Notes: generated from the sequence alone by a model not told the origin. Positions 11,500 through 23,114 are shown, counted from the stretch's first letter. The stretch is DNA of 64,000 bases from a bacterium (GCA_963693055.1 OY843751.1:2112001-2176000), one strand, 5' to 3'. A program made the numbers and translations.

Positions 11500-11741
11500 G
11501 ATTCGTTCATGTCTTTTGGATTCATTTCTTTAAAAATATTCAATATTTCCCGGGCATCCTCTTCTTTAAGAATAGTAATAGCAAATCCTGCATGAACGTT
11601 CACCCAGTCTCCGGGTTTAGCTTCAGGAACATAACCCATATGTACAGACTTTACTATTCCATTAAAATCCACTTTGGCGGTTCGAGACATGGGTTCATCC
11701 CCATGAATGTCTACTATTTTACCGGGTATAGCAAGGCACAT
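11496..11741 (-). CDS. hypC: Hydrogenase chaperone HypC
   Basis: MCLAIPG, VHAGFAI. Confidence 0.97.
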   Translation of the reverse strand: MCLAIPGKIVDIHGDEPMSRTAKVDFNGIVKSVHMGYVPEAKPGDWVNVHAGFAITILKEEDAREILNIFKEMNPKDMNES

Positions 11742-11743
11742 GT

Positions 11744-14035
11744 TTACTCCTCATTTGGTTTGAGAAACTGAGACGCATAAATTTGGCCGGTACTGATACC
11801 TCCATCATTAGGAGGGATTTGACGGTTTATGTACAATTGATATCCTTTTTCTACAAGTAATAAATGAACACGATCAGTCAGGTACCGGTTCTGGAACGTA
11901 CCCCCGGATATTACGATCTGTTCTAATCCCGCAAGATCAGCAATTTTGATTATTGTTTTTGAGAGTGTAATATGAACCTTGGCTGCTATAATCTCAACCG
12001 AAATGTTTTTTCTTTTATCCTCTATGATTTCGAGAATCATGGGGCGCCAGTCCAATATATATGTATCGTCTATTTTGTTTATTTCCAGGGAATACCGTTC
12101 ATAAAAATCATCAATGGGCCATGCTTTGTATTCCAGGCAGATGGCTGCATGTCCTTCGTATTGATTTATATGTTCAAGGTCCAGCAGGGAGGCTATTGCG
12201 TCAAATAATCTTCCTGCGCTTGATGTCTTGGGGCAATTTATGTTTTTATCCAGCATGTCAAGTAAAAGGTGGTTATTTTTGTTATTCGAGTGGGCAGTGG
12301 GTAGTATTTCAAGGATTTTATTTCTGTTACCCTCAAACAAAGTGTGCAAAAGTCCGGCAAGAGTCCTGAACGGTTCTTTTATGGCCAAATCACCACCCGG
12401 TAGTGCAAATGGTAGAAAATGGGCAAAACGTTTATAACTACTCTGGCTGATTAAAATTGTTTCACCACCCCAAATGGTTTCATCATCACCAAGGCCAGTA
12501 CCGTCCCAGGCAAATCCTAACACGGGGGGATGAATATTATATTCTGCCATGCAAGAGTAAATGTGAGCAACATGATGTTGGACTTGAAGTCTGGCAATTC
12601 CGGATTTCTCTGCATATTGTGATGATAAATAGTCCGGATGTTTATCATGAATAACCAACTCGGGAGTAATTTCATACATATTGGCTAGGTCTTTAATGCT
12701 GGTAGAGAAAGCATTGTAAGCGGCTTTAGTTTCCAGATCACCAATGTGCTGGCTGGTAAAAATTGTGTTTCCTTTAGAGATACTGATAGTGTTTTTTAAA
12801 TGACCACCCACAGCAAGTATTGCATTGTAATTTGTTTGTCCGGTAATGGGTAGTGGGGCGTATCCTCTGGCGCGTCGTAGAATGGTAAGGTCAGATGCAA
12901 TGGTTTTCACAACCGAGTCATCCACATGGCGGGCAATGGGGCGATTGTGCACCAGAAATGCATCTGCAATATTTTTTAGCCTCAAGAATGCTTCGTCATT
13001 ATCAATACAAATGGGTTCTTCTGAGATATTTCCGCTTGTACATATTACCGGACTGTTCATTTCTTTCATTAATAAATGATGCAATGGAGAGTAGGGCAGC
13101 ATTGCACCGAGATAAGGATTGTCGGGAGCTACGGAAGGAGCCAGTTCTTTGTATGGGTCTTGAATTTTAAATAGCAAAACAATTGGCGACTGGGCTGAAA
13201 GTAATGCTGCTTTTTCCTTGTCAGATATTCTGCAATATGCCTGAATTGATGATAAATTGGGAAACATGACCGCGAAGGGCTTTGCTTTGCGTAGTTTTCG
13301 TTTCCGCAAACGATTGATTGTTTTTTCATTGGCCGCATCTGCCAGTAACTGGAACCCTCCCACACCTTTTACCGCAATGATTTTGCCTGCTTTAATCAGA
13401 GAAACGCAATGTTTTATTGTGTCTTCCGGGCCCGAAATAGCAATCCCCTTTTTGTTAGCAAGCTGGATTTGCGGACCACAGGTTGGACAGGCATTGGGTT
13501 GAGCATGAAATCGACGATCGTTGGGATTATCGTATTCTTCCTGGCAATCCGGACACATGGTAAAAGAGTCCATTGTTGTATTTTTACGATCATAGGGAAG
13601 TGACGTGATGATGGAATAGCGCGGACCGCAATGCGTACAGTTGATAAAGGGGTACTGATAACGTCTGTTCGATTCATCTTCAAGTTCGTCAAGGCAATCG
13701 GGACACGTTGCAAGGTCCGGTATAATCCAAGCGTTTTTTGTGTAACTATTTTCACTGAATTTGATTTCAAAATTATCAAAATCGTGTAATGGCAGCTTGT
13801 TATGTTCAATTGAATGAACCAAAATAGGGGGTGGTGCCTGGTAAAGCAGGCGAGTAAATTGATCAAGAATGGTTGGTGTAGCTTGAATGATCATATGCAC
13901 GCCCTGATCTGTATTATTAACCTGACCTTTAATATCCATTTGATGCGCTATTCGATAAACAAACGGCCTGAATCCAACTCCCTGGACAGAGCCGGTGATC
14001 TGCAATAGCCTGCATTCCAGTCTTTCTGTGTACAA
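11744..14035 (-). CDS. hypF: Carbamoyltransferase HypF
   Basis: VQGVGFRPF acylphosphatase domain, two CxxCx18CxxC zinc fingers, HHVAH, PPNDGGISTGQ. Start uncertain (TTG 14035; frame open to 14089). Confidence 0.97.
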   Translation of the reverse strand: MYTERLECRLLQITGSVQGVGFRPFVYRIAHQMDIKGQVNNTDQGVHMIIQATPTILDQFTRLLYQAPPPILVHSIEHNKLPLHDFDNFEIKFSENSYTKNAWIIPDLATCPDCLDELEDESNRRYQYPFINCTHCGPRYSIITSLPYDRKNTTMDSFTMCPDCQEEYDNPNDRRFHAQPNACPTCGPQIQLANKKGIAISGPEDTIKHCVSLIKAGKIIAVKGVGGFQLLADAANEKTINRLRKRKLRKAKPFAVMFPNLSSIQAYCRISDKEKAALLSAQSPIVLLFKIQDPYKELAPSVAPDNPYLGAMLPYSPLHHLLMKEMNSPVICTSGNISEEPICIDNDEAFLRLKNIADAFLVHNRPIARHVDDSVVKTIASDLTILRRARGYAPLPITGQTNYNAILAVGGHLKNTISISKGNTIFTSQHIGDLETKAAYNAFSTSIKDLANMYEITPELVIHDKHPDYLSSQYAEKSGIARLQVQHHVAHIYSCMAEYNIHPPVLGFAWDGTGLGDDETIWGGETILISQSSYKRFAHFLPFALPGGDLAIKEPFRTLAGLLHTLFEGNRNKILEILPTAHSNNKNNHLLLDMLDKNINCPKTSSAGRLFDAIASLLDLEHINQYEGHAAICLEYKAWPIDDFYERYSLEINKIDDTYILDWRPMILEIIEDKRKNISVEIIAAKVHITLSKTIIKIADLAGLEQIVISGGTFQNRYLTDRVHLLLVEKGYQLYINRQIPPNDGGISTGQIYASQFLKPNEE

Positions 14036-14043
14036 TGTTTTTT

Positions 14044-14712
14044 TCAATTCTTGCCTGCTGTAAACTGATTTACCTGTTGTTTTAACCAACTCACAATTTG
14101 TTCCAATCCTTCTCCGGTTTTGGCAGATGCAGTTATAAATTCCAGTTCGGGGTTAACTTGCCAGGCAAATTGCTTTGCCTTTTCAACATCAAATTCAACA
14201 TAGGGCAGGAGGTCCGTTTTATTAATAATACATAAATTAGCTTTGCTGAACATGGTGTTGTATTTTATGGGCTTGTCGTCTCCCTCTGTTGTGCTGATGA
14301 TTACTACCTTTTTATACTCTCCAAGGTCATAGCTTGCAGGACAAACAAGATTGCCAACATTTTCAATGAAAAGCAATTGTCTTGTTGTTAAATCCATTTG
14401 CTGCAAGGCATTTCTGATCAGCATGGCATCTAAATGACAGCCGCCTTTGGTTACGATTTGAATGACAGGTACACCCAGTGCATCAATTCTGTCCGCATCC
14501 CGATTGGTATGGAGATCTCCTTCTATAACCGCCGGATGTAATGCTTTCAAATCTGGTAACAATTTTTCAAGCAGTGTGGTTTTACCTGACCCTGGTGAGC
14601 TGAGCAGGTTAAACGTTGCAATGTTTAGTGATTTAAACTGGTCCCGGTTTTGTGCTGCAACCTGGTCGTTTTTTTCCAAAATATTTCTTTCTACTGTAAT
14701 TACCGCCATCAT
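14044..14712 (-). CDS. hypB: Nickel-insertion GTPase HypB
   Basis: SSPGSGKTT, GCHLDA, ENVGNLVCPA, NKTD. Confidence 0.97.
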   Translation of the reverse strand: MMAVITVERNILEKNDQVAAQNRDQFKSLNIATFNLLSSPGSGKTTLLEKLLPDLKALHPAVIEGDLHTNRDADRIDALGVPVIQIVTKGGCHLDAMLIRNALQQMDLTTRQLLFIENVGNLVCPASYDLGEYKKVVIISTTEGDDKPIKYNTMFSKANLCIINKTDLLPYVEFDVEKAKQFAWQVNPELEFITASAKTGEGLEQIVSWLKQQVNQFTAGKN

Positions 14713-15050
14713 ACCACCTCTATACTTAAAATGTGTAATTCATTTCCATGTGTTACCTGAATCTCATATGATTGACAATGGGGACAGCTAAAAACAAATT
14801 CTTCCAAAGTGAACGATTTGTTGCATTGAAGACAAGTACCCTGTATGGGGATGATATTAATTACGAGTTTGGAATTTTCTAACGGAGAGTTTTGAATTAT
14901 TCCTTCATAAGCGGATTGCAACAGTTCCGGAACAACTGCTGACATTTGGCCAATTTGCAAATGTACTATAGTAAGCTGCTTACCCGGATGGTCGCTCATA
15001 ATCTTGCTGACGATATCAAGAATTGCGTATGCCATACTTGTTTCGTGCAT
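14709..15050 (-). CDS. hypA: Nickel metallochaperone HypA
   Basis: MHE N-terminus, CLQC and CPHC. Confidence 0.96.
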   Translation of the reverse strand: MHETSMAYAILDIVSKIMSDHPGKQLTIVHLQIGQMSAVVPELLQSAYEGIIQNSPLENSKLVINIIPIQGTCLQCNKSFTLEEFVFSCPHCQSYEIQVTHGNELHILSIEVV

Positions 15051-15212
15051 AGTCGTATCTCTGGGCTTTTTGCGAGTAAAGAATAACGGCAGCAGGAATA
15101 TCCATTAACCGAAGAGGAGTAAGAGAGAATGTGAGTCGCAGCAACGCTGCCTATCTAAAGAAATCGAATCAAAATCAAATAGTCAACAAAAAAATGAAAA
15201 AATACCAGTTAA

Positions 15213-15764
15213 TCAGTTGGATTTTTTAACTTTTTGTATCATTCTCATGAGGAAAATTACGGTGCCGATTAAAAACAAAATGGCACCTGTACCTGTTGCT
15301 AGATAATCGGTGTATGATGGCCCCGTTCGAATGAGTGATATTTCAGGATTTTCAGGATTATGGTGAATAGTGATTTCTTTGCCGGGGTGATAGAGTTTAA
15401 CCAATTTTTCTGCAGCGTCTAATCGGTTCATTCTTCCGCCAAATCCGGGAACATGCAAATCCGTCATACCGCTGTATTTTTCACCATTAATATAATAATG
15501 GTAATGTAGCAATGGGCGAAAAGCACGGTCACCAACAACCTGGGAACTGTCAATTTGTCCTGTTGTAATTGGCCATGACCGTTTTGAAAATGCTTTTTCC
15601 AGAGCAGGGCAATATGCGTAAAATAAACTCCCACCAACCAGAATCAGAATCACTGCAATAATGAAAATATTACGATGAATGGCGGGACGTTGTTCGGGTT
15701 TGGCTAAAATAGCAATTATCAGTGATAAAAAAAATAATATGGTCAAAACATTTATCGATTGCAT
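15213..15764 (-). CDS. DUF3592-like membrane protein
   Basis: TM helices flanking SWPITTGQIDSS...YHYYING...HHNPENPEIS. Confidence 0.65.
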   Translation of the reverse strand: MQSINVLTILFFLSLIIAILAKPEQRPAIHRNIFIIAVILILVGGSLFYAYCPALEKAFSKRSWPITTGQIDSSQVVGDRAFRPLLHYHYYINGEKYSGMTDLHVPGFGGRMNRLDAAEKLVKLYHPGKEITIHHNPENPEISLIRTGPSYTDYLATGTGAILFLIGTVIFLMRMIQKVKKSN

Positions 15765-15952
15765 AAACAGTCCATAAAAATAAGAAATATTCAGACTTTA
15801 TATAGGGTTATCATTGTAGAAAAATTAGTCATTTCTAATTCAACATTATCGAACAACGCATTATTTCTTGAAAAATTTTGGATTTTGGTTGCTTTTATGC
15901 TTTGTACGAAATATATTAAAACAGGGGTATAATAAAATACAATGGTTTACGA

Positions 15953-16825
15953 ATGATAAGAACGATTGCGGATTATATAAAACTTACTAAACCCAGGATC
16001 ATGATTCTGATTATATTATCCGGTTTCACTGCATTAGTAATGGAAAAAAGCATGCTGGCAGAACCCGGGCGCATCATTCTGGCTTTATTTGCATTATATT
16101 TAACGGGTGGGGCAGCAAATGCTCTGAATAATTATTTTGAAAGAGAGATCGATGCGAAAATGGAGCGTACTCGCCAAAAACGCCCATTACCGCAAAAACG
16201 AATTGATGAAAACAAGGCATTGGTCTTTGCTATTGTTATTGGTTTAACCGGTGTTTTAATATTAGGGTTCTTTTTCAATTGGTTAAGTGCTGGGTTGTCT
16301 CTTACTACTATATTGTTTTACAGTCTTTTTTATACACTAATTTTAAAACCGGGTACACCCCAGAATATTGTGATTGGCGGGGCCGCCGGAGCAATGGCAC
16401 CGGTAGGTATGTGGGCTGCAGCCAGCGGTAGTTTAGAGATAACACCCTGGACCCTGTTTTTGATTATCTTTTTCTGGAGCCCGCCTCACTTTTGGGCTTT
16501 GGCAGTTAATTATAAAGATGACTATAAAAAAGCCGGTTATCCCATGCTTCCGGTTGTAAAAGGCGACACTGTAGCGTTGAAGCAAATTTTTATATTTACT
16601 ATTATTCTTTTTTTTACGAGTTTAACTCCTTATCTTTTTAAAGCAAATTTATTGTATCTGGTTGCTGCTTTGTTGCTGGGTGCAATTTTTATTTATCGAT
16701 CGTACGTTGCTATGAAAAAACAGGAAACGCGAAAGGTATGGGCGGTATTTGGTTATTCAATAATATACCTTTTTGCTTTGTTTATTGCTATTATTGTAGA
16801 TAGTATATTTCCTTTCCATATATAA
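15953..16825 (+). CDS. ctaB: Protoheme IX farnesyltransferase (heme O synthase)
   Basis: LTKPRI, EREIDAKMERTRQKRPLP, WSPPHFWALA, DY..AGYPMLP. Confidence 0.97.
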   Translation: MIRTIADYIKLTKPRIMILIILSGFTALVMEKSMLAEPGRIILALFALYLTGGAANALNNYFEREIDAKMERTRQKRPLPQKRIDENKALVFAIVIGLTGVLILGFFFNWLSAGLSLTTILFYSLFYTLILKPGTPQNIVIGGAAGAMAPVGMWAAASGSLEITPWTLFLIIFFWSPPHFWALAVNYKDDYKKAGYPMLPVVKGDTVALKQIFIFTIILFFTSLTPYLFKANLLYLVAALLLGAIFIYRSYVAMKKQETRKVWAVFGYSIIYLFALFIAIIVDSIFPFHI

Positions 16826-16862
16826 TTACACGTTTGGTATAACTAACTGAAGGACTGGACTA

Positions 16863-17510
16863 TTGGCACAGATTTTTCCTCAGTGGACGAACAAAACCCC
16901 GGTTATCATAATCATGTTGGCCTTTGTTTCGTTGGTTGCTATCGTTGGATTCTTTTGGTACTTTGGATCTCCCAAGTATACAGATGTTGGCTATCGTCCT
17001 AAACAGCCGGTTGATTACAGCCACAAGCTGCATGCGGGTGATTTGGGTATCGATTGTCGCTATTGTCATTGGGCGGTTGAAGAATCCCGTTTTTCAAATA
17101 TACCCTCTACTCAAACTTGTATGAATTGTCATCAGCTCATATTGCCCGAAAGCGAAAAACTATTACCGGTTCGGGAAAGCTTTGGTACAGACACTGCCAT
17201 TGAATGGGTGCGGGTCCATATGCTGCCAGACTATGCATATTTTGACCACAGTGCTCATGTTAATGCCGGTGTTGCATGTCAGTCTTGCCATGGTAATGTG
17301 GCGCAAATGGATGTCGTTACCCAGGTTGAACCCTTGAGTATGGGATGGTGTTTGGATTGTCATCGTAATCCTGCGCCGAGTATAAGACCGCTGGATCAGG
17401 TAACAAACATGAACTGGACCCCATCCGAAAATCAGCTCGAGCTGGCACACCAGTTTATTAAAGAACACAACATTAATCCGCCCGTAGATTGTTCAGGATG
17501 TCATCGGTAA
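16863..17510 (+). CDS. actA: Alternative complex III pentaheme cytochrome c ActA
   Basis: Five CxxCH motifs (CRYCH, CMNCH, CQSCH, CLDCH, CSGCH) and an N-terminal TM helix. Confidence 0.93.
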   Translation: MAQIFPQWTNKTPVIIIMLAFVSLVAIVGFFWYFGSPKYTDVGYRPKQPVDYSHKLHAGDLGIDCRYCHWAVEESRFSNIPSTQTCMNCHQLILPESEKLLPVRESFGTDTAIEWVRVHMLPDYAYFDHSAHVNAGVACQSCHGNVAQMDVVTQVEPLSMGWCLDCHRNPAPSIRPLDQVTNMNWTPSENQLELAHQFIKEHNINPPVDCSGCHR

Positions 17511-17515
17511 AAATT

Positions 17516-20494
17516 ATGGATAATAAAAACAATACGTATTGGAAAAGTTTGGAACAACTGGATAATAGTCCAGAGTATCAAAGGTTTTTGGAAAACGAAT
17601 TTCCGGAACAAGCTGCTGAAATGAATGATCCGGTATCGAGAAGGACCTTTTTGAATTTGATGGGTGCTTCTGCTGCCTTTGCAGGTCTAGCTGCATGCAG
17701 TAAACCAGTTGAAAAGATTGTACCCTATGTTAAACCTCCGGAAGAGGTCATTCCCGGTGTTGCAGAGTATTTTGCTACAACAATGCCCATGGGAACCTCT
17801 CCGTTGGGTTTGCTTGTTAAATCCACTGATGGAAGACCCATCAAGATCGAGGGGAATCCTTTACATCCTGCAAGCAAGGGTGGCACTCATGTATTTGCTC
17901 AGGCTGAATTGCTAAACATGTATGATCCTGATCGCTCCAAAGATGTTATGAATTCAGGTAAAAAAAGTACCTGGGGTGATTTCATCAACGCATGGCGAGA
18001 ACTGTACCCGTCTTTTGTTGCGAATGGTGGTAAAGGATTAGCATTAATCAGTACTTCGTCAGCTTCTCCATCCATTGCACGATTGGCAGAAACATTTAAA
18101 AAGAAATTTCCTCAAGCTCTGTGGTTTGTTTATGATTCGGCAGGAGATGATTGTCGGATTGCTGAAAGCAAAGCTCTTTTCGGTAAATCTACAATGCCGG
18201 TCTATAATCTGGAAAAAGCGGATGTCATATTATCTCTCGATTCAGACTTGTTGATGCTTGAACCCAATAACGCCCGGCATGCAAGGGATTTTGCTTCAAG
18301 GCGCAATCTGGTGTTAGCTGATGATAATTTGAACCGGTTGTATGTTGTAGAAGGTGATCATTCGGTAACCGGTGCAAATGCTGATCACCGACTGCAGGTT
18401 AAGACATCGCAGATTGGTGCTTTTGCTGTAGCACTGGCAAAAGTGTTAAAGTCATTAGGATCAAACATTAATATAAGTTTGCCAGAAATAGATGAACATG
18501 CATTTGACAGTGAATGGATTAATGCAGTTGCCAAAGATCTTTTACATCACAAGGGTGCAAGTTTGGTTACGGCAGGAAAATCTCAGCCTGCAAATGTTCA
18601 TTCCCTTGTTTATGCGATCAATGATGCTTTGAGAAATATTGGCAACACCCTTGAATTTTATCCTCTGACAGACCAGCTGGTATCTAAAGCCAGTGAACTG
18701 GCTGATTTTTCCAAAGCTTGTAAATCGAAACAAATAGATACTGTTGTAATGTTTGGCGGGAATCCGGTTTATAACGCTCCGGTAGATACTGACTTTGAAA
18801 ATTGTATCAAATCCGTTAAACATTCAATTCATGTGTCATTATATAATGATGAAACATCACAAACATGCGAGTGGCACATACCTGAAGCGCATTTTCTGGA
18901 ATCGTGGGGAGATGCGGTAACTTTTGATGGATATCGTTCAATTGTGCAGCCACTCATTCTGCCCTTGTACAATGGGCATAGTGAGTTAGAAGTATTAAAT
19001 TTTGTTGTCAATGGTTTGGACGAAAAGGGTTACGATATTGTGCGTAAAACCTGGAGTGATATCCTTCCCGGTTCACAATTTGAAATGCAGTGGGATAAAG
19101 TTTTGCATGATGGAGTTTACGACAAGAAATCTGACACCGTCTCTGTTTCTATCAATACAAACAACTTGCAAAAAGGTTTAAAAGAGCTAGTCTCAAACAA
19201 ATCCGGTTTAAACAATGATTTGCAATTGTTGTTACAGGTTTCTCCAACAATTTATGATGGCCGTTATGCAAACAATGGGTGGATGCAGGAGCTTCCGCAC
19301 CCCATGATTAAAATTACGTGGGACAATCCACTGCAAATTTCACCGGCCCTGGCCAAAAAAATGAAATTAAAAAATGGAGATGTTGTCAATCTCTCCGTGC
19401 ATGATAAATCTGTCGAACTGCCAGTCTGGATTGTTCCCGGGCTTGAAACAAATACTCTGGTGGTAACATTAGGGTATGGACGTAAAGCCACGGGTAGAGT
19501 ATCTAAAGGTGTAGGAGTAGATGTGAATCCGCTCCGAACATTGGCAGGGTTTAATTTAGCTCAAGATATCAAGCTGGAAAAGACAGGTAAATCTCAATCA
19601 CTTGCAAATACCCAGGACCATGGCAGTATGGAGGGTAGACCACTGGTAAGAGAAGCAAATCTTGAAGAATATAAAGCCAATCCTGAATTTGCAACTGATA
19701 TGGTTGAACACCCCCCCCTGAAAAATTTGTGGAAAGACCACAAATATGATACGGGATACCAGTGGGGAATGATTATTGATTTGAACAAATGTACCGGTTG
19801 TAACACCTGTGTTATAGCCTGTCAAAGTGAAAACAATATACCTATTGTTGGTAAAAAACAAGTGGGTAATGGTCGTGAAATGCACTGGATAAGACTGGAC
19901 CGTTATTTTAACGGAGATCCTGAGAATCCCAAAGTTGTTAATCAGCCGGTAACCTGTCATCATTGTAAAAATGCACCTTGTGAACAGGTTTGCCCGGTTG
20001 CTGCAACCGTGCATGATAAAGAAGGTTTAAATTTAATGACCTATAACCGCTGTGTAGGGACCCGTTATTGCTCAAATAACTGCCCCTACAAAGTCAGACG
20101 ATTTAATTTCTTCAACTATCACAAAAAAATGGAAGATCAGGACAAGCTTATGCAAAATCCGGATGTAACCGTACGTTCTCGCGGTGTGATGGAAAAATGC
20201 ACTTTCTGTCTGCAGCGAATCAATGCTGCAAAACATACTGCCAAGAAGGAGGGACGTACCCTTGCTCCCAATGAAGTCAAAACTGCATGCCAACAAGCTT
20301 GTCCTGCTGACGCCATTTCTTTTGGTAATATACTGGATCCCGAAAGTAAAGTGTCTAAATTGCGGGATAATCCACGTGCGTATGCTATGCTGGGTGAGTT
20401 GAACAACAGACCCCGTTTAATGTATCTGGCAAAAGTGAGAAATCCGAATCCTGAATTGATTAAAAGTGAACCAAACGATAAACATCATGGATAA
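17516..20494 (+). CDS. actB: Alternative complex III subunit ActB (molybdopterin-oxidoreductase-like + Fe-S domains)
   Basis: YWKSLEQL...EFP, Tat motif SRRTFL, LAAC, C-terminal Fe-S motifs (CTGCNTCVIAC, CHHCKNAPCEQVCP, CVGTRYCSNNCP, EKCTFC). Confidence 0.95.
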   Translation: MDNKNNTYWKSLEQLDNSPEYQRFLENEFPEQAAEMNDPVSRRTFLNLMGASAAFAGLAACSKPVEKIVPYVKPPEEVIPGVAEYFATTMPMGTSPLGLLVKSTDGRPIKIEGNPLHPASKGGTHVFAQAELLNMYDPDRSKDVMNSGKKSTWGDFINAWRELYPSFVANGGKGLALISTSSASPSIARLAETFKKKFPQALWFVYDSAGDDCRIAESKALFGKSTMPVYNLEKADVILSLDSDLLMLEPNNARHARDFASRRNLVLADDNLNRLYVVEGDHSVTGANADHRLQVKTSQIGAFAVALAKVLKSLGSNINISLPEIDEHAFDSEWINAVAKDLLHHKGASLVTAGKSQPANVHSLVYAINDALRNIGNTLEFYPLTDQLVSKASELADFSKACKSKQIDTVVMFGGNPVYNAPVDTDFENCIKSVKHSIHVSLYNDETSQTCEWHIPEAHFLESWGDAVTFDGYRSIVQPLILPLYNGHSELEVLNFVVNGLDEKGYDIVRKTWSDILPGSQFEMQWDKVLHDGVYDKKSDTVSVSINTNNLQKGLKELVSNKSGLNNDLQLLLQVSPTIYDGRYANNGWMQELPHPMIKITWDNPLQISPALAKKMKLKNGDVVNLSVHDKSVELPVWIVPGLETNTLVVTLGYGRKATGRVSKGVGVDVNPLRTLAGFNLAQDIKLEKTGKSQSLANTQDHGSMEGRPLVREANLEEYKANPEFATDMVEHPPLKNLWKDHKYDTGYQWGMIIDLNKCTGCNTCVIACQSENNIPIVGKKQVGNGREMHWIRLDRYFNGDPENPKVVNQPVTCHHCKNAPCEQVCPVAATVHDKEGLNLMTYNRCVGTRYCSNNCPYKVRRFNFFNYHKKMEDQDKLMQNPDVTVRSRGVMEKCTFCLQRINAAKHTAKKEGRTLAPNEVKTACQQACPADAISFGNILDPESKVSKLRDNPRAYAMLGELNNRPRLMYLAKVRNPNPELIKSEPNDKHHG

Positions 20495-20512
20495 ATTTAA
20501 GGATACGATTAA

Positions 20513-21895
20513 GTGAGCGAAATCGTTGAAAACCAAGCTGTTAAAAGCGAACCATTAATTTTAAACAATCCTACATTTTCCAGTATTACAAATGATGTAA
20601 GCGGACTTGTAGAATCAAAAGCCCCCATGCCCTGGTACCTGCTGCTGGCAATGTCAGGCTCCTTAGCCTTGATGATGTTTGGCATGATAGGTTACCTTTT
20701 TGTTGAAGGTATTGGTATCTGGGGAGTTAATATTCCTGTTGGTTGGGGATGGGCTATTATTAATTTTGTCTTCTGGGTAGGTATTGGACATGCAGGAACA
20801 TTGATCTCTGCAATTTTGTTTCTACTCAGGCAAAAATGGCGTACATCTATAAACCGTTTTGCCGAAGGTATGACAATTTTTGCTGTCATTTGTGCTTTGA
20901 TCTTTCCAGGTATCCATGTGGGACGTATCTGGGTGGTTTACTGGCTTTTTCCCATTCCGAACCAGATGTCAATGTGGCCCAATTTCCGCAGCCCCTTGTT
21001 GTGGGATGTGTTTGCGGTTTTTACCTACTTTTTGGTATCGCTAATGTTCTGGTACATGGGCCTCATACCTGATCTTGCAACGCTGCGTGACAGAGCTACA
21101 TCCAAAATTAAGCGAGCATTGTATGGTTTTTTTGCATTGGGCTGGCGTGGCGCAAACCGTCAATGGAAACATTACGAGATGGCATATCTGCTTTTAGCAG
21201 GGCTTTCCACTCCGCTTGTTCTTTCCGTGCATAGTGTTGTGAGTACCGACTTTGCAACCAGTCAGTTACCCGGATGGCATACAACTATATTCCCACCGTA
21301 TTTTGTTGCGGGTGCTGTGTTTTCTGGTTTTGCTATGGTAACAACGTTGAGTATCATTGTACGCAAGGTTTACAAGATAGAACATATTATTACGGTAAAC
21401 CATCTCGAAAAAATGGCCAAAGTAATGATGGCTACCGGTATGATGGTGGGTTTTGCATATCTTACAGAGTTTTTTATTGCGTGGTATAGCGGCAATGGGT
21501 ATGAATTATTCACATTCATCAATCGTGCTTTGGGTCCTTATGCCTGGGGTTACTGGACCATGATATCCTGTAATGTTCTGGTTCCTCAATTTTTTTGGTT
21601 TAAAAAGTTGAGAAGGAGCGTTCCAGTTCTTTTGGTTGCTACAATTTTTATAAATATTGGTATGTGGTTTGAAAGATTTGTGATTGTGGTTTCTTCATTG
21701 TCGCAAGATTTTCTGCCATCCAGTTGGGATTATTATAAACCTTCTATTTTTGATATCGGTACCTTTGTGGGCTCGTTTGGTTTATTTTTTACGTTGTTTT
21801 TACTGTTTATCAAGTTTTTACCCATAATTGCAATGTCTGAAGTTAAAGGTGTGCTGCCGCAGGCTGATCCACACCATAAACAACATCATGATTAA
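20513..21895 (+). CDS. actC: Alternative complex III NrfD-like subunit ActC
   Basis: [46 protein letters not shown]. Confidence 0.96.
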   Translation: MSEIVENQAVKSEPLILNNPTFSSITNDVSGLVESKAPMPWYLLLAMSGSLALMMFGMIGYLFVEGIGIWGVNIPVGWGWAIINFVFWVGIGHAGTLISAILFLLRQKWRTSINRFAEGMTIFAVICALIFPGIHVGRIWVVYWLFPIPNQMSMWPNFRSPLLWDVFAVFTYFLVSLMFWYMGLIPDLATLRDRATSKIKRALYGFFALGWRGANRQWKHYEMAYLLLAGLSTPLVLSVHSVVSTDFATSQLPGWHTTIFPPYFVAGAVFSGFAMVTTLSIIVRKVYKIEHIITVNHLEKMAKVMMATGMMVGFAYLTEFFIAWYSGNGYELFTFINRALGPYAWGYWTMISCNVLVPQFFWFKKLRRSVPVLLVATIFINIGMWFERFVIVVSSLSQDFLPSSWDYYKPSIFDIGTFVGSFGLFFTLFLLFIKFLPIIAMSEVKGVLPQADPHHKQHHD

Positions 21896-21914
21896 TAATA
21901 AAGGTTTGACTGAA

Positions 21915-22454
21915 ATGTCGGAACAATCTAAACCTGCTCTGCTTTTAGCTGAATTTAAAGATCCTGCCGAATTACTGCACGCTGCAGAAAAAGTCAGAGA
22001 GGCAGGCTATACTCAATTTGATTGTCATTCACCATTTCCAATCCATGGTATGGATGCAGCGATGGGATTAAAACGTTCTCCATTGGGATGGATTGTAGGC
22101 ATAATGGCACTAACAGGAGCCGGTTTGGGAATGCTGCTGCAATGGTGGACGAGTACTGAAGCGTATCCTTTAGTAATTTCCGGTAAACCCTTTTTCAGTT
22201 ATCAAGCGTTTATACCGGTTACTTTTGGCCTGGCTGTCCTTTTTGGTGCGGTTACCGCGTTGTTGGGTATGCTGTTTTTAAACAGGTTGCCCAAACCGTA
22301 TCATCCGTTATTTTACTCGGAAAATTTTCAGCGTGTTACAGATGATGCATTTTTCATCAGTATAGAGTGTAATGATCCCCGGTTCAGTGAAGCAGAAACC
22401 GGATCCTTTTTAAAAAGTATTGGCGGTACATCTATAGAAATACTGCCGGAATAA
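21915..22454 (+). CDS. actD: Alternative complex III subunit ActD (DUF3341)
   Basis: HSPFPIHGMD, YPLVISGKP, position in act cluster; start uncertain. Confidence 0.9.
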   Translation: MSEQSKPALLLAEFKDPAELLHAAEKVREAGYTQFDCHSPFPIHGMDAAMGLKRSPLGWIVGIMALTGAGLGMLLQWWTSTEAYPLVISGKPFFSYQAFIPVTFGLAVLFGAVTALLGMLFLNRLPKPYHPLFYSENFQRVTDDAFFISIECNDPRFSEAETGSFLKSIGGTSIEILPE

Positions 22455-22479
22455 CAGACCCTCATACTACGAGTGACTT

Positions 22480-23094
22480 ATGTATAAAAAGAATCATACT
22501 CTAATTTATATTGTACTTTTTACAACAGTTATTGTGTTAGGTGGTTGTCAGGGGCGCCCGAAACAAAAACCGCCCGTGCACCCCATTCTGGATATGGATT
22601 TTCAACCCAAATATGAATACCAGGAAAAAAGTCGGTTTTTTGATGACGGTATATCCATGCGCCAACCTATCCCCGGAACTGTTGCACGCGGCAAGTTGCA
22701 TGATGATATTGCCTACAATACAGGTAAAAACCAGGATGGTTCATTGGTTGAAAAAAGCCCGGTACCAGTCACCTTTACCGGACTTGAACGTGGAAGAGAG
22801 AGGTTTGATATTTATTGTTCACCCTGTCATAGCAAGATTGGTGATGGTAAGGGTATTCTGGTAAATCGTGGTTATATACCACCTCCATCTTTTCATACAG
22901 ATGTAATCAGAAACTATGCTGATGGTCATATCTTTGATGTTATAAGTCATGGTATCCGCAATATGCCCTCTTATGGGCATCAGGTGCCTGTAAAAGACCG
23001 GTGGCTGATAGTAAATTATATACGCGCTTTGCAGCGCAGTCAAAATGCAAACATTGATGATGTGCCCGTAGAAATGCGAGACAAGATTAAATAA
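22480..23094 (+). CDS. actE: Alternative complex III monoheme lipoprotein ActE
   Basis: Lipobox LGGC, DMDFQPK, CSPCH, MPSYG. Confidence 0.9.
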   Translation: MYKKNHTLIYIVLFTTVIVLGGCQGRPKQKPPVHPILDMDFQPKYEYQEKSRFFDDGISMRQPIPGTVARGKLHDDIAYNTGKNQDGSLVEKSPVPVTFTGLERGRERFDIYCSPCHSKIGDGKGILVNRGYIPPPSFHTDVIRNYADGHIFDVISHGIRNMPSYGHQVPVKDRWLIVNYIRALQRSQNANIDDVPVEMRDKIK

Positions 23095-23114
23095 AAAAAA
23101 CAGGATTTCAATCT

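Noticed and set aside
15051-15160. Possible NiCo riboswitch in the hypA leader (GGCAGC...GCTGCC stem on the minus strand)
   Set aside because: Only one short stem is evident and I could not match the NiCo four-way junction. An Rfam scan would be needed.
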